Position numbers and translations under genes: made by a program. This document shows, piece after piece, positions 52,368 through 61,583 of a stretch of DNA of 64,000 nt (position 1 is the stretch's first letter; every line of letters begins with the position of its first letter). The notes under the pieces were generated by a model. The model did not search any database. It was not told the DNA's origin and saw only the letters and a list, made by a program, of their open reading frames with translations. This DNA comes from Gammaproteobacteria bacterium (GTDB lineage Bacteria; Pseudomonadota; Gammaproteobacteria; Eutrophobiales; Eutrophobiaceae), in the NCBI GenBank assembly GCA_963422205.2, contig CAXMWX010000007.1:128001-192000 (forward strand), written 5' to 3'.

Positions 52368-53333
52368 ATGTTGCCAGTGACTTTGCAGATACACATTAAC
52401 GGGGATGATAAAACCGCCCGCATCGCTGACCGATTGGTATCCTTAACTGTCACCGACAATGCCGGTATCGATTCCGACACCTTGGCACTGACCCTGGACG
52501 ACCGCCACCCGCACATCATCCTGCCACCCATCGAGGCCAGCCTGAAACTCTGGCTGAACGGTGTCTATATGGGCTATTACCATGTCAGTGAGCTGGAAAC
52601 AGACGATAAAGCCGGCACCCTGACCATCGCCGCCACCGGCGCCCGCTTCACCGGCCCTATCAAAGCCCCCAGAGATGCCAGCTACGATGACATCACCTTA
52701 GGTGCGCTGGCCGGGATGATCGCCGAGCGCCACGGCCATCGGCTGGCGATACACGCTGAACTCAACGCCACTCCCTTAGGCCATGTGGATCAGCGCGGGG
52801 AGTCCGATTTGGCCTTACTCACCCGTCTGACCCAACCCCTGGATGCCATCACCAAGCTGGCTGATAACCAACTGATTATCGTACCCAAAGATGCGGCCAG
52901 GTCGGTCAGCGGTCACACCCTGCCTGCCCTTCACGTAAATGCCCAGGCACGAGGCGTCTTTATCCGTGGGACGATCAAGGGACGGGCCAAGGTGAGCCAG
53001 GTCAAGGCCCACTGGCAGAGCGCCGAGATGCCGCAGAAGCAGGCGGTCACGGCTGGTGAGAGCGGGCAGAGCTACACACTCAAGGAAACCTACACCACCC
53101 AGGCCGAGGCCGAAGCTGCCGCCAGGGCGAAACTGGCCGAACTCGGGCGTGCCGAGGTAGACATCGCCATCACCCTGCCCGGTGACCCGAACACCAAGGC
53201 CGAGCGCTTATTGGCCTTAACCAACCACCGCCATGCGGGGCAGTACATCATCCAGACGGCTACCCACAGCATTAGCCCAGGGCAGGTCTATACCACCGCC
53301 ATGACTGCCACTACGAAAAGGAGACGACCATGA
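52368..53333 (+). CDS. Phage late control / baseplate hub protein D
   Basis: RLVSLTVTDNAGIDSDTL.LTLDD, HVDQRGESDLALLTRL. Confidence 0.88.
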   Translation: MLPVTLQIHINGDDKTARIADRLVSLTVTDNAGIDSDTLALTLDDRHPHIILPPIEASLKLWLNGVYMGYYHVSELETDDKAGTLTIAATGARFTGPIKAPRDASYDDITLGALAGMIAERHGHRLAIHAELNATPLGHVDQRGESDLALLTRLTQPLDAITKLADNQLIIVPKDAARSVSGHTLPALHVNAQARGVFIRGTIKGRAKVSQVKAHWQSAEMPQKQAVTAGESGQSYTLKETYTTQAEAEAAARAKLAELGRAEVDIAITLPGDPNTKAERLLALTNHRHAGQYIIQTATHSISPGQVYTTAMTATTKRRRP

Positions 53334-53499
53334 ACACATAGCAACATAAGAGACAGATAAAGAGGAGCGACCGGCAAGGTGTTAGCCCACCCCACCGGCC
53401 AGCGAATCACTGATAAGACCAGTGAGCCACCTAAAGCCCCCCTGCCACGTACGCGGCGAGGGGGAGCGTAACAGAAAGTAGACAAGAGGATAAGCTCAC

Positions 53500-54388
53500 A
53501 TGAACACAACCGCCGAAGCCGTCAAACCCGTTGCCCCCTATGTGGGCGGCAAAATACTACTGGCCAAGACCATCATCAGTCGCATTGAGGCCATCCCCCA
53601 CACCTGCTCGGCTCTGGCTTCCTGCTTCGCTCTACCGATGACATCCCTGTCATCGTATGCTGAACCCTTTATCGGCACCGGTTTTTGCTGCTGCAAAATC
53701 GGCATACCGTACATCCCTGTACATAATGGGCGGGATATTCTTAAGACGACCTGAGCGAGCAAAAAGTGAAGTCATCAACGACTACAACCGGGAGGTATCG
53801 AACTTCTTTCGTATCCTGCAACGCCATTATGTCGCCTTTATGGAGATGATGCGCTTCCAGATCACCACAAGAGCCGAGTTCGAACGCTTAACCCGAACAG
53901 CCCCTGAGACCCTGACCGACCTGGAACGTGCTGCTCGCTTCCTGTACTTACAGCGCACCGCCTTCAGTGGTAAACCCTCCGGACAGAATTTTGCTACAGA
54001 TAAAGTCCACCCCGCCCGCTTTGACATCACCAAGCTGGCGCCCATGCTCGAAGATCTCCATAGCCGCTTAACCCGTGTCGTGATTGAATGCCTGCCCTAC
54101 CAGGACTTCATAAGACGCTATGATGGCGATGAGACCCTGTTCTACCTTGACCCACCGTATTACCGCTGTGAACACTACTATGGCAAAGACCTGTTCCACC
54201 GGGACGACTTCGTCACCTTGAGTGAACTGCTGGGCGAGATAAAAGGCCGGTTCATCCTCTCACTGAACGATGTGCCGGAGATAAGAGAGCTGTTCAAGAG
54301 CTTCCACATCGAGGCCATCAAGACCCACTACTCAGTGAATAAAGGCAAACGGAAAGAAGCAGGCGAAGTGCTGATCAGCAATGCCTAG
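53500..54388 (+). pseudogene. D12/Dam-class DNA adenine methylase disrupted by two mini-element insertions
   Basis: PYVGGK, YAEPFIG|MGG, EVINDYN, FYLDPPYY; 48-nt in-frame insert at 53608-53655 and 49-nt frameshifting insert at 53677-53725. Confidence 0.88.
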
Positions 54389-54512
54389 AGCAATGATCAG
54401 GGGTGAGTGAGCGGACGGGTCAGCAGGCAGGTGGACAGATCGGAAGTGTAAGCCCCTTGCCCTAACAGTCCAGCAGCGAAAATCCAACGAAAGTTGACAT
54501 AGTCAACACCAC

Positions 54513-54566
54513 TGCACAGCCATCTTTCGCATCAATGGCGAATTTTTTTCGCAAGCCTTTAGTCTG
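54513..54566 (-). repeat. Right terminal inverted repeat of the prophage
   Basis: Reverse complement CAGACTAAAGGCTTGCGAAAAAAATTCGCCATTGATGCGAAAGATGGCTGTGCA. Confidence 0.8.
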
Positions 54567-54611
54567 TCAGGTTGGAGTATGCCTATTAGGTGGGGTGGGA
54601 TGACGCAGGGG

Positions 54612-54885
54612 CGACTGCTCAGGATGGCAGTAACCCGTCATTCTGAGCGTAGCGAAGAATCTATGGTTCTGTGTGATAGATCCTTCGTCACTTTGTTCCT
54701 CAGGATGACGAGAGGGAGGGCAACTGCTCAGGATGTGACAAGCAGCACGTCATTCTGAGCGAACGACTACAGGGATGTAGGAGGTAGAGAATGTCAGGAA
54801 CACATTATCGAGGTAGAAAACGTCGGGAACAGGTTTTCGAGCGAAGAATCTATGTGCTACTGCAATAGAGCCTTACGGTCGCTCG
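54612..54885. repeat. Cluster of REP/CIR-like GTCATTCTGAGC...GCGAAGAATCT palindromes, one with a nested mini-element (~54764-54840)
   Basis: GTCATTCTGAGCG at ~54637 and ~54749; CTCAGGATG partners; insert CGACTACAGGGATGTAG... Confidence 0.75.
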
Positions 54886-55053
54886 AAAATAGGCCAGGGA
54901 TGGTTGGGGATACGTGATGCTTATAGCGGGGGGTGCTGATCAGAGGGTTCTTGTTTGTATGTGCCTTGGCTGCCGGGTCATTGCAGTGACTGCGGCTGCA
55001 CGCCATGCGGTATGTATGCTAGTATCAGCGTCCCGACCAGGTGAGGCAGAGCG

Positions 55054-55176
55054 ATGAGCGCCGTGATGTTTGATACGCTGAAATTTACCCGTCGACTGAA
55101 AGATGTCGGTGTGTCGGTGTTGAGTGGGGCGATAGCAGTCCATCGCAAGAGGCAATGGGTGGCGGCAGGCGTGTAG
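55054..55176 (+). pseudogene. 5' remnant of a third DUF1640 gene
   Basis: [20 protein letters not shown], then homology is lost. Confidence 0.65.
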
Positions 55177-55198
55177 GCAAAAGATGGCACCTGCCCGG

Positions 55199-55425
55199 TC
55201 AGTCGTTGGCGTAGACAGTCGGGTCGGTGATGCTGGCCGCTGTGAAAGCCCTGACGCCGAAACCGACAGGCATCACAACGGCCACATGCCTGGCCTGCTT
55301 CGTCTGCCTGATAGCAGGAGATAGTGAGATCATAATCCACACCAAGGCGGCTTCCCGTTCGAATGATCTGTGCCTTGTTCATGCCGATCAGGGGCGTATG
55401 GATGGCAAAAGACTGACCGACAAGC
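55199..55425 (-). pseudogene. queC: 3' fragment of 7-cyano-7-deazaguanine synthase
   Basis: [46 protein letters not shown]; no N-terminal half; frameshift near the end. Confidence 0.8.
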
Positions 55426-55559
55426 GGGTAGAGATGATGGGCGGGGATAGCGGTCAGGGATGGGGGGATGGGATAACCGGGGAGGCGACCTGGTCTGGTG
55501 GCGGCTGAGAGGATGGTGATGACTTTTCTGGCTGATGCGGGCTGTTGTGGGGGTAGTGG

Positions 55560-58469
55560 TCAGGCGTATTCCTCTACCGGTACGCAACTGCAAAACAGAT
55601 GCTTATCGCCCTGGACGTTATCAATGCGTCCGACCGGCGGCCAGTATTTATCATCCTGAATATAGCGCATGGGATAAAACGCCTGCTGCTTCGTGTACGG
55701 TTTATCCCAGTCTTCCTGGAGCAACAGATTATGCGTGTGTGGGGCATTCTTTAACAGGTTGTTGTGTTGGTCGGCAATCCCCTGCTCTACGGCCTGTATC
55801 TCCTGCCGGATGGCAATCATGGCATCACAAAACCGATCCAACTCGCGCTTGTTTTCGCTCTCGGTCGGCTCAATCATCAAGGTATCGGCCACCGGAAACG
55901 ACATGGTCGGGGCATGAAATCCATAATCAATCAGGCGTTTCGCCACATCATCCACCGTGATCCCGGTGGCCGCCCTGATCCCCTTCAGATCAATGATGCA
56001 CTCATGCGCCACCATGTTGTTTTTACCCGTATAGAGCACCGGATAATGATCCCGCAGCCGATGCGCCGTGTAATTGGCCGCCAGTATCGCCACCATCGTT
56101 GCCCGCCTCAGCCCATGTGCCCCCATCATGGCGATATAGGCCCAGGAGACCGTCAGGATGCTGGCCGACCCCCAGGGGGCTGCCGAGACAGTGCCGATCG
56201 TGCCTTGCTCATTGGCTGCCGGGTTCACCCCATCGACCACCGGATGATCGGGCAGGAACGGCGCCAGATGGCCGGCAACGCCCACCGGCCCCATGCCTGG
56301 CCCGCCACCGCCGTGCGGAATAGCAAAGGTCTTGTGCAGATTAATGTGCATCACATCCGCCCCGATGGTGGTCGGCTTGGCAATTCCGACCAGCGCATTC
56401 ATGTTCGCCCCATCCAGATACACCTGCCCGCCGTGGGCATGAATGATCTTGCAGATATCAACAATCGCCGCTTCGAATACGCCATGGGTGGAGGGGTAGG
56501 TGATCATGAGGGCAGCCAGCCGTTCGCTGTGCTGGCCTGCCTTGGCCTGCAAATCGGCAACGTCCACATTGCCCTGCTCATCACAGGCCACCACTACCAC
56601 ACGCAGCCCGGCCATGACCGCACTGGCCGGATTGGTGCCGTGGGCAGATGCCGGGATCAGGCAGATGTCTCTGTGCATCTCGCCCCGGCTTGCATGGTAT
56701 TGGCGGATCACCAGCAAGCCGGTGTACTCCCCTTGAGAGCCAGCATTGGGTTGCAGGGTAAAGGCGGCAAACCCGCTCAGATCACATAACATCTCCTCCA
56801 GCTCATCAAACAGCTGCAAATACCCCTGTGCCTGATCCAGCGGCGCAAACGGGTGCATGGCGCTGAACTCACGATAGGACAGCGCTTGTAATTCAGTCGC
56901 TGCATTCAGCTTCATGGTGCAGGAGCCCAGCGGGATCATCGCCCGATCAAGGGCAATGTCCCGGCGTGCCAGTGAGCGCATGTAGCGCATCATCTCGGTC
57001 TCGCAGTGATAACGCTCAAATACCGGATGGGTCAGCAAGGGGCGGTCTCGGCGCAGTGCTTCGGGCAGGCATTCTGCCAATGTGCTGTCAAGCGCATCAC
57101 TGTCCAGCGCTGCGGCCTCACGGCCGATAAATACCTGCCACAGGACGCTCAACTCGGTGCGGGTGGTGGTCTCATCAAAGGCGATGCTCAAGTGATCCGC
57201 ATCAATCACGCGCAGATTGATACGTGCTTCCCGCGCCCGTGCGGCAATGCGTCTGGCCTTGCCGGGCAGCCTGAAGGTCACGGTATCGAAGAATACCGGC
57301 GTGCTGATTTCAATGCCGTGCTGTGCGAGACCAGCGACAAAGAGCTGCATCAGCCGGTGTACCCGGCTGGCAATCAGGCGCAGGCCCTTGGGGCCGTGGT
57401 AGACGGTATAAAAGCCAGCAATCACTGCCAGCAACACCTGGGAGGTGCAGATGTTGCTGGTGGCCTTTTCTCGACGGATGTGTTGTTCTCTGGTCTGCAA
57501 AACCATACGCAGGGCTGGCTGTCCGTGCTGATCTGCCGATACGCCGATAACACGCCCCGGCATGGCGCGAACAAACGCCTTGCGGGTGGCGAAGAAGGCC
57601 GCATGCGGCCCGCCGTAGCCCATGGGGACACCGAACCGCTGCGAATTGCCTATCACGATATCCGCGCCCATCTCCCCGGGCGGCTTCAACTCGACCAGTG
57701 CCAGTAAATCCGAGGCCACGATGACCAGTGCCTTGCAGTCGTGGGCCTGTGCAATGACGGCTTGCAGATCATTCACCTGGCCGCTGGAACCGGGATAACT
57801 CAGCAGCACGGCGAAGGGCTGTGTCTGGCTTATGCCCCGGCTCATGTCCTGTTGCGGGTCGCCGATGATGACCTCATAACCCATGTATCTCGCCCGGGTT
57901 TGCAGCACGGCCAGGGTTTGCGGGTGGGTGTCCTGATCGACAAAAAATTCCGTGCCGGGGTGTTTACCGACACGCTTGCACATGGTCATGGCCTCAGCCG
58001 CCGCCGTGGCCTCATCCAGCATGGAGGCATTGGCGATCTCCATCGCCGTCAAGTCGGTCACCATTTGCTGAAAATTCAACAGGGCTTCCAGCCGCCCCTG
58101 GCTGATCTCCGCCTGATAAGGCGTATAAGCCGTGTACCAGGCCGGATTCTCCAGCACGTTGCGCTTGATGACAGCCGGCATGATGGTGCCGTAATAGCCC
58201 ATGCCGATCATGGAGATAAACACGCGGTTACGTTCGCGCATCTTTCTTAGATGGGTGATCACGGCGCGCTCGCTGATCGTCTCGGTCAGCGCCAGTGCGT
58301 CCTGGTTAAGAATGGCCTCGGGCACGGCCTGAGGAATGATGTCTTCCAGCGTATCCAGCTTCAAGGCCGCCAGCATATCGGCGATTTGCTGGCTGTTAGG
58401 GCCGATGTGGCGGCGGATGAAGTCGCCCCGCATCTCCAGCTCTGCCAGCGTCTTTCGGTGTGTTGTCAT
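55560..58469 (-). CDS. gcvP: Glycine dehydrogenase (decarboxylating), P protein
   Basis: FIRRHIGP, YTPYQAEISQGRLE, MIPLGSCTMKLN, NLHKTFAIPHGGGGPG. Confidence 0.98.
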   Translation of the reverse strand: MTTHRKTLAELEMRGDFIRRHIGPNSQQIADMLAALKLDTLEDIIPQAVPEAILNQDALALTETISERAVITHLRKMRERNRVFISMIGMGYYGTIMPAVIKRNVLENPAWYTAYTPYQAEISQGRLEALLNFQQMVTDLTAMEIANASMLDEATAAAEAMTMCKRVGKHPGTEFFVDQDTHPQTLAVLQTRARYMGYEVIIGDPQQDMSRGISQTQPFAVLLSYPGSSGQVNDLQAVIAQAHDCKALVIVASDLLALVELKPPGEMGADIVIGNSQRFGVPMGYGGPHAAFFATRKAFVRAMPGRVIGVSADQHGQPALRMVLQTREQHIRREKATSNICTSQVLLAVIAGFYTVYHGPKGLRLIASRVHRLMQLFVAGLAQHGIEISTPVFFDTVTFRLPGKARRIAARAREARINLRVIDADHLSIAFDETTTRTELSVLWQVFIGREAAALDSDALDSTLAECLPEALRRDRPLLTHPVFERYHCETEMMRYMRSLARRDIALDRAMIPLGSCTMKLNAATELQALSYREFSAMHPFAPLDQAQGYLQLFDELEEMLCDLSGFAAFTLQPNAGSQGEYTGLLVIRQYHASRGEMHRDICLIPASAHGTNPASAVMAGLRVVVVACDEQGNVDVADLQAKAGQHSERLAALMITYPSTHGVFEAAIVDICKIIHAHGGQVYLDGANMNALVGIAKPTTIGADVMHINLHKTFAIPHGGGGPGMGPVGVAGHLAPFLPDHPVVDGVNPAANEQGTIGTVSAAPWGSASILTVSWAYIAMMGAHGLRRATMVAILAANYTAHRLRDHYPVLYTGKNNMVAHECIIDLKGIRAATGITVDDVAKRLIDYGFHAPTMSFPVADTLMIEPTESENKRELDRFCDAMIAIRQEIQAVEQGIADQHNNLLKNAPHTHNLLLQEDWDKPYTKQQAFYPMRYIQDDKYWPPVGRIDNVQGDKHLFCSCVPVEEYA

Positions 58470-58552
58470 GGTTATCTGCTCCAATGCCCGGTGTTGCCTG
58501 ACCGCCCTGCCCTAACAATCGCCCGGCGCTCACCTGGCAGGGACGGGCGGGA

Positions 58553-58942
58553 TTAGCTGGCGTTAATCAACTGCTGATAGGCCGCCTCATCCATATACTC
58601 ATCCAGTGCAGCGATGTCCTGCGCCGTCATGGCAAAGAACCAGCCCTCGCCCTCTGGGTCGGCGTTGGCCAGCTCCGGTGCATCGTGCAGTTTGTCATTG
58701 ACCGCGGTCACTTCCCCGGACAGCGGTGCCTTGATATCACTGGCTGCCTTGACCGACTCCACCACGGCAACCTCGCTACCAACGGCAATGGAAGCACCGA
58801 TGGCCGGCAACTCAACAAACACCACGTCACCTAATTGCTCCTGTGCATAGTGCGTGATGCCAATCACGACCTCTCCGGCGGCATTGACACGCAGCCATTC
58901 ATGCTCTTCGGTGTATTTGGTCTCGCTCATCTGTATCCTCAA
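58553..58942 (-). CDS. gcvH: Glycine cleavage system H protein
   Basis: HEW, GITHYAQEQLGDVVFVELP, VESVKAAS lipoyl lysine. Confidence 0.97.
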   Translation of the reverse strand: MRIQMSETKYTEEHEWLRVNAAGEVVIGITHYAQEQLGDVVFVELPAIGASIAVGSEVAVVESVKAASDIKAPLSGEVTAVNDKLHDAPELANADPEGEGWFFAMTAQDIAALDEYMDEAAYQQLINAS

Positions 58943-60054
58943 TGTGTATGGTATCGATGTTCAACGAATGGCAACGGCACCACGGTCAGTGCCAGCCGCT
59001 GGTGGCGCACCTCAGCATACAAGGCCGTACCCGGCCGGGCGCATGACGGCGGCACGTAGGCCATCGCTATAGGGGCGGCGACCGTTGGCCCGTAACCACC
59101 GCTGCTGATCCTGCCAACGGCAGCCCCGTCAGCAGCGGTTACTGTAGCACCTGCCCTGACGGGAATTCTACCAGATACCCGCAGGCCGACACGCACTTTT
59201 TCCACGCCCTCGGCAAGCTGTCGCAATAGCAACTCTGCCCCGGGGAAGCAGGGGCTTGCCCCCTCATCGGCCCGATATTTTTTCGCTATCAGCCAGCCCA
59301 GCCCGGCCTCCACCGGGGTAATATCGGGGGTAAGATCCTGCCCGTACAGACACAAGCCGGCCTCCAGACGCAAAGAGTCCCTTGCGCCAAGGCCAGCAAG
59401 CCTGACTGCCTCGGCACAGAGTAGCTGCTCGACAAACGGCTGGGTATGACTGTTTGGCAGGCTGATTTCAAAGCCATCTTCGCCGGTATACCCCGAACGG
59501 GTAATAAACAATTCCACGCCGTTGACGTGGTATTGTCCGGCCTGCATGAAGCGCAACGCATCCACGGCCGGGATGATGTCACGCAGAGCCCCGGCAGCGG
59601 CCGGGCCCTGCAATGCCAGCAGATCATGATCATCCAGCAGGCTGATCGCCGCATCAGTACCGAAATGCTGGCGCAGACAGGCCACGTCCTGCTGCTTGCA
59701 GGCGGCATTGACGATCAGCCTCACGCCATCCGTGCGCGGCGTGATGATCAAATCATCCAGCACACCGCCAGCGGCATTGGTCAATACGCTGTAGCGGCTG
59801 TGATCAGTTGGCAGTGTGTCCAGATCAGACGGCACCAGGTGCTGCAAACCGGCCAGCACATCCGCACCGCTGATCTGAATCTGCCCCATGTGCGAGACAT
59901 CAAACAAGGAGGCGTGCTGGCGGGTGTGCAGGTGTTCGTGCTTGATCCCGTGTTGATACTGTATGGGCAGGTGGTAGCCGGCAAACGCCACCAGGCGTGC
60001 GCCATGCTGTTGATGCAGCGCATGCAGAGTCGTGGTTTTGATCGTGTGAGTCAT
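58939..60054 (-). CDS. gcvT: Aminomethyltransferase, T protein
   Basis: LFDVSHMGQ, RSGYTGEDGFEI, GLGARDSLRLEAGLCLYG. Confidence 0.97.
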   Translation of the reverse strand: MTHTIKTTTLHALHQQHGARLVAFAGYHLPIQYQHGIKHEHLHTRQHASLFDVSHMGQIQISGADVLAGLQHLVPSDLDTLPTDHSRYSVLTNAAGGVLDDLIITPRTDGVRLIVNAACKQQDVACLRQHFGTDAAISLLDDHDLLALQGPAAAGALRDIIPAVDALRFMQAGQYHVNGVELFITRSGYTGEDGFEISLPNSHTQPFVEQLLCAEAVRLAGLGARDSLRLEAGLCLYGQDLTPDITPVEAGLGWLIAKKYRADEGASPCFPGAELLLRQLAEGVEKVRVGLRVSGRIPVRAGATVTAADGAAVGRISSGGYGPTVAAPIAMAYVPPSCARPGTALYAEVRHQRLALTVVPLPFVEHRYHTH

Positions 60055-60117
60055 GCTGCTGTCCTTTAATTTCGGCAACGCGGCAGTCTCCCACATTATA
60101 CCAGCAATGCAAGCCGG

Positions 60118-60903
60118 CTAAACCCCGGCCAGCCGGTTGACCGTGGTCGTGATGCGGCCGTCTGCATGCAGGTTCAGCACGCGGTAGCCGGGCATGAGTG
60201 CATCACGTTCATGCCGCCGGGTGTACGGTTTGAATTGGGCGCAGGTTGACGGGCTGCCGAGATACAGGCAGCGGCCATCATCATATGCAAACTCCTGATG
60301 AATATGCCCCCAGATTAGGGCTTTTACCGCCGGATAATCGGCCAACAGAGCGAGCAGTGCATCGGCATCCTCCAGCATCATGGCATCCATCCAGGCACTG
60401 CCACAGGGCAAGGGGTGATGATGCAGGGCAAGCAGCATGTGATCATGCCGATTATGCTCAAGGTTGCCCTGCAAGAACTGCCACTCCGCCCGACTCAAGC
60501 GCCCGGACGGGCGGCCCGGCTGCCAGGTGTTTAGCAGCAGCACAGACCAGTTATTTGCGCTAAGCGATTTATTGAGATAAATATTCGCTGCCCGCAGGTG
60601 CGCTCGCATCATCGCCGGGTCGTCATGGTTGCCAGCCAGGCAGAAGATGGGCAGGCTGACGGCATGCAACAAGCGGCTTAGTCTCTCATAGGCCGCCACT
60701 GCCGGGTCACAGGCCAAATCCCCGGTGAGTAGCAGCAGATCAGCGTCTTGTTCCTGCTCGGCAATCAAGGCCAGTACCGCCGCCAGGCTCTGCTGGGTAT
60801 CAGTGCCGTCAAAATGCGTGTTCCGATCCGCAGCGATATGCGTATCACTTATCTGTATAATGCGGCAGAGGGTGGTTTTTTGGGTGACAACTCTCATCAT
60901 CAT
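60118..60903 (-). CDS. cpdA: 3',5'-cyclic-AMP phosphodiesterase (metallophosphoesterase)
   Basis: QISDTH, TGDL, GNHD, LHHHP, WGHIHQ, PSTC.QF. Confidence 0.88.
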   Translation of the reverse strand: MMMRVVTQKTTLCRIIQISDTHIAADRNTHFDGTDTQQSLAAVLALIAEQEQDADLLLLTGDLACDPAVAAYERLSRLLHAVSLPIFCLAGNHDDPAMMRAHLRAANIYLNKSLSANNWSVLLLNTWQPGRPSGRLSRAEWQFLQGNLEHNRHDHMLLALHHHPLPCGSAWMDAMMLEDADALLALLADYPAVKALIWGHIHQEFAYDDGRCLYLGSPSTCAQFKPYTRRHERDALMPGYRVLNLHADGRITTTVNRLAGV

Positions 60904-60923
60904 TCATGGGAATGTAAGCAAAC

Positions 60924-61583
60924 ATGTCCAGGCAAACACTGAACCTGACCGAGGCCGTGTATCACTATCTTTTGAGCGTCACACTACAGGAAGATGAAGT
61001 GTTGCAACAGTGCCGTGCAGAGACGGCAAGCCATGCCCACGCCGGGATGCAGATAGCACCGGAACAGGGGCAGTTTCTTGCCCTGCTGATCAAGCTCATC
61101 GGCGCAACAAACGTGCTTGAATTAGGCACGTTTACCGGCTACAGCAGCCTGTGCATGGCGCGCGCCCTGCCCGCCGGCGGGAAGATCCTCTGCTGTGATG
61201 TCAACGAAGAATACACCCGTATCGCAAAACGCTACTGGGCGGCAGCGGCTGTGACCGGGAAGATAGAATTACGGCTCGCCCCGGCCCTGGACACCCTGCA
61301 ATCCTTAATGCAGCAGGGCAGGCAAAACAGCTTTGACTTTATTTTTATCGATGCGGTCAAGCAAGAGTATCTGGCGTACTACCGCATCGCTTATGAATTG
61401 TTGCGCCCCGGCGGGCTGGTGGCGGTGGACAATGCGCTGTGGGATGGGCGTGTTGCTGCTGAGGATCAAACAGAAGAGACCGTTGCCATCCGTGAGTTAA
61501 ATACATTTATCCATCAAGATGTGCGTGTTGATAGCTGCCTGCTGCCGGTCGGTGATGGGCTGCATCTGGCCCGCAAAACATGA
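60924..61583 (+). CDS. SAM-dependent O-methyltransferase (caffeoyl-CoA OMT-like)
   Basis: MQIAPEQGQFL, LELGTFTGYS, FDFIFIDA.K, DNALWDG. Confidence 0.92.
   Translation: MSRQTLNLTEAVYHYLLSVTLQEDEVLQQCRAETASHAHAGMQIAPEQGQFLALLIKLIGATNVLELGTFTGYSSLCMARALPAGGKILCCDVNEEYTRIAKRYWAAAAVTGKIELRLAPALDTLQSLMQQGRQNSFDFIFIDAVKQEYLAYYRIAYELLRPGGLVAVDNALWDGRVAAEDQTEETVAIRELNTFIHQDVRVDSCLLPVGDGLHLARKT

Larger units (their letters stand above)
34530..54566. mobile_element. Defective Mu-like (transposable myovirus-type) prophage, ~20 kb, without early/transposition or lysis genes
   Basis: Mu-type terminase, portal, gpF, gpI, gpT, gp36 and gpG; P2-type baseplate and tail; terminal Dam-like methylase; bounded by imperfect inverted repeats. 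Confidence 0.88.

Noticed and set aside
53334-53499. Possible Com-like regulator or RNA upstream of the methylase
   Set aside because: No Cys-motif ORF is visible; there is only a single hairpin (CCCCCCTGCC...GGCGAGGGGG), insufficient to call.
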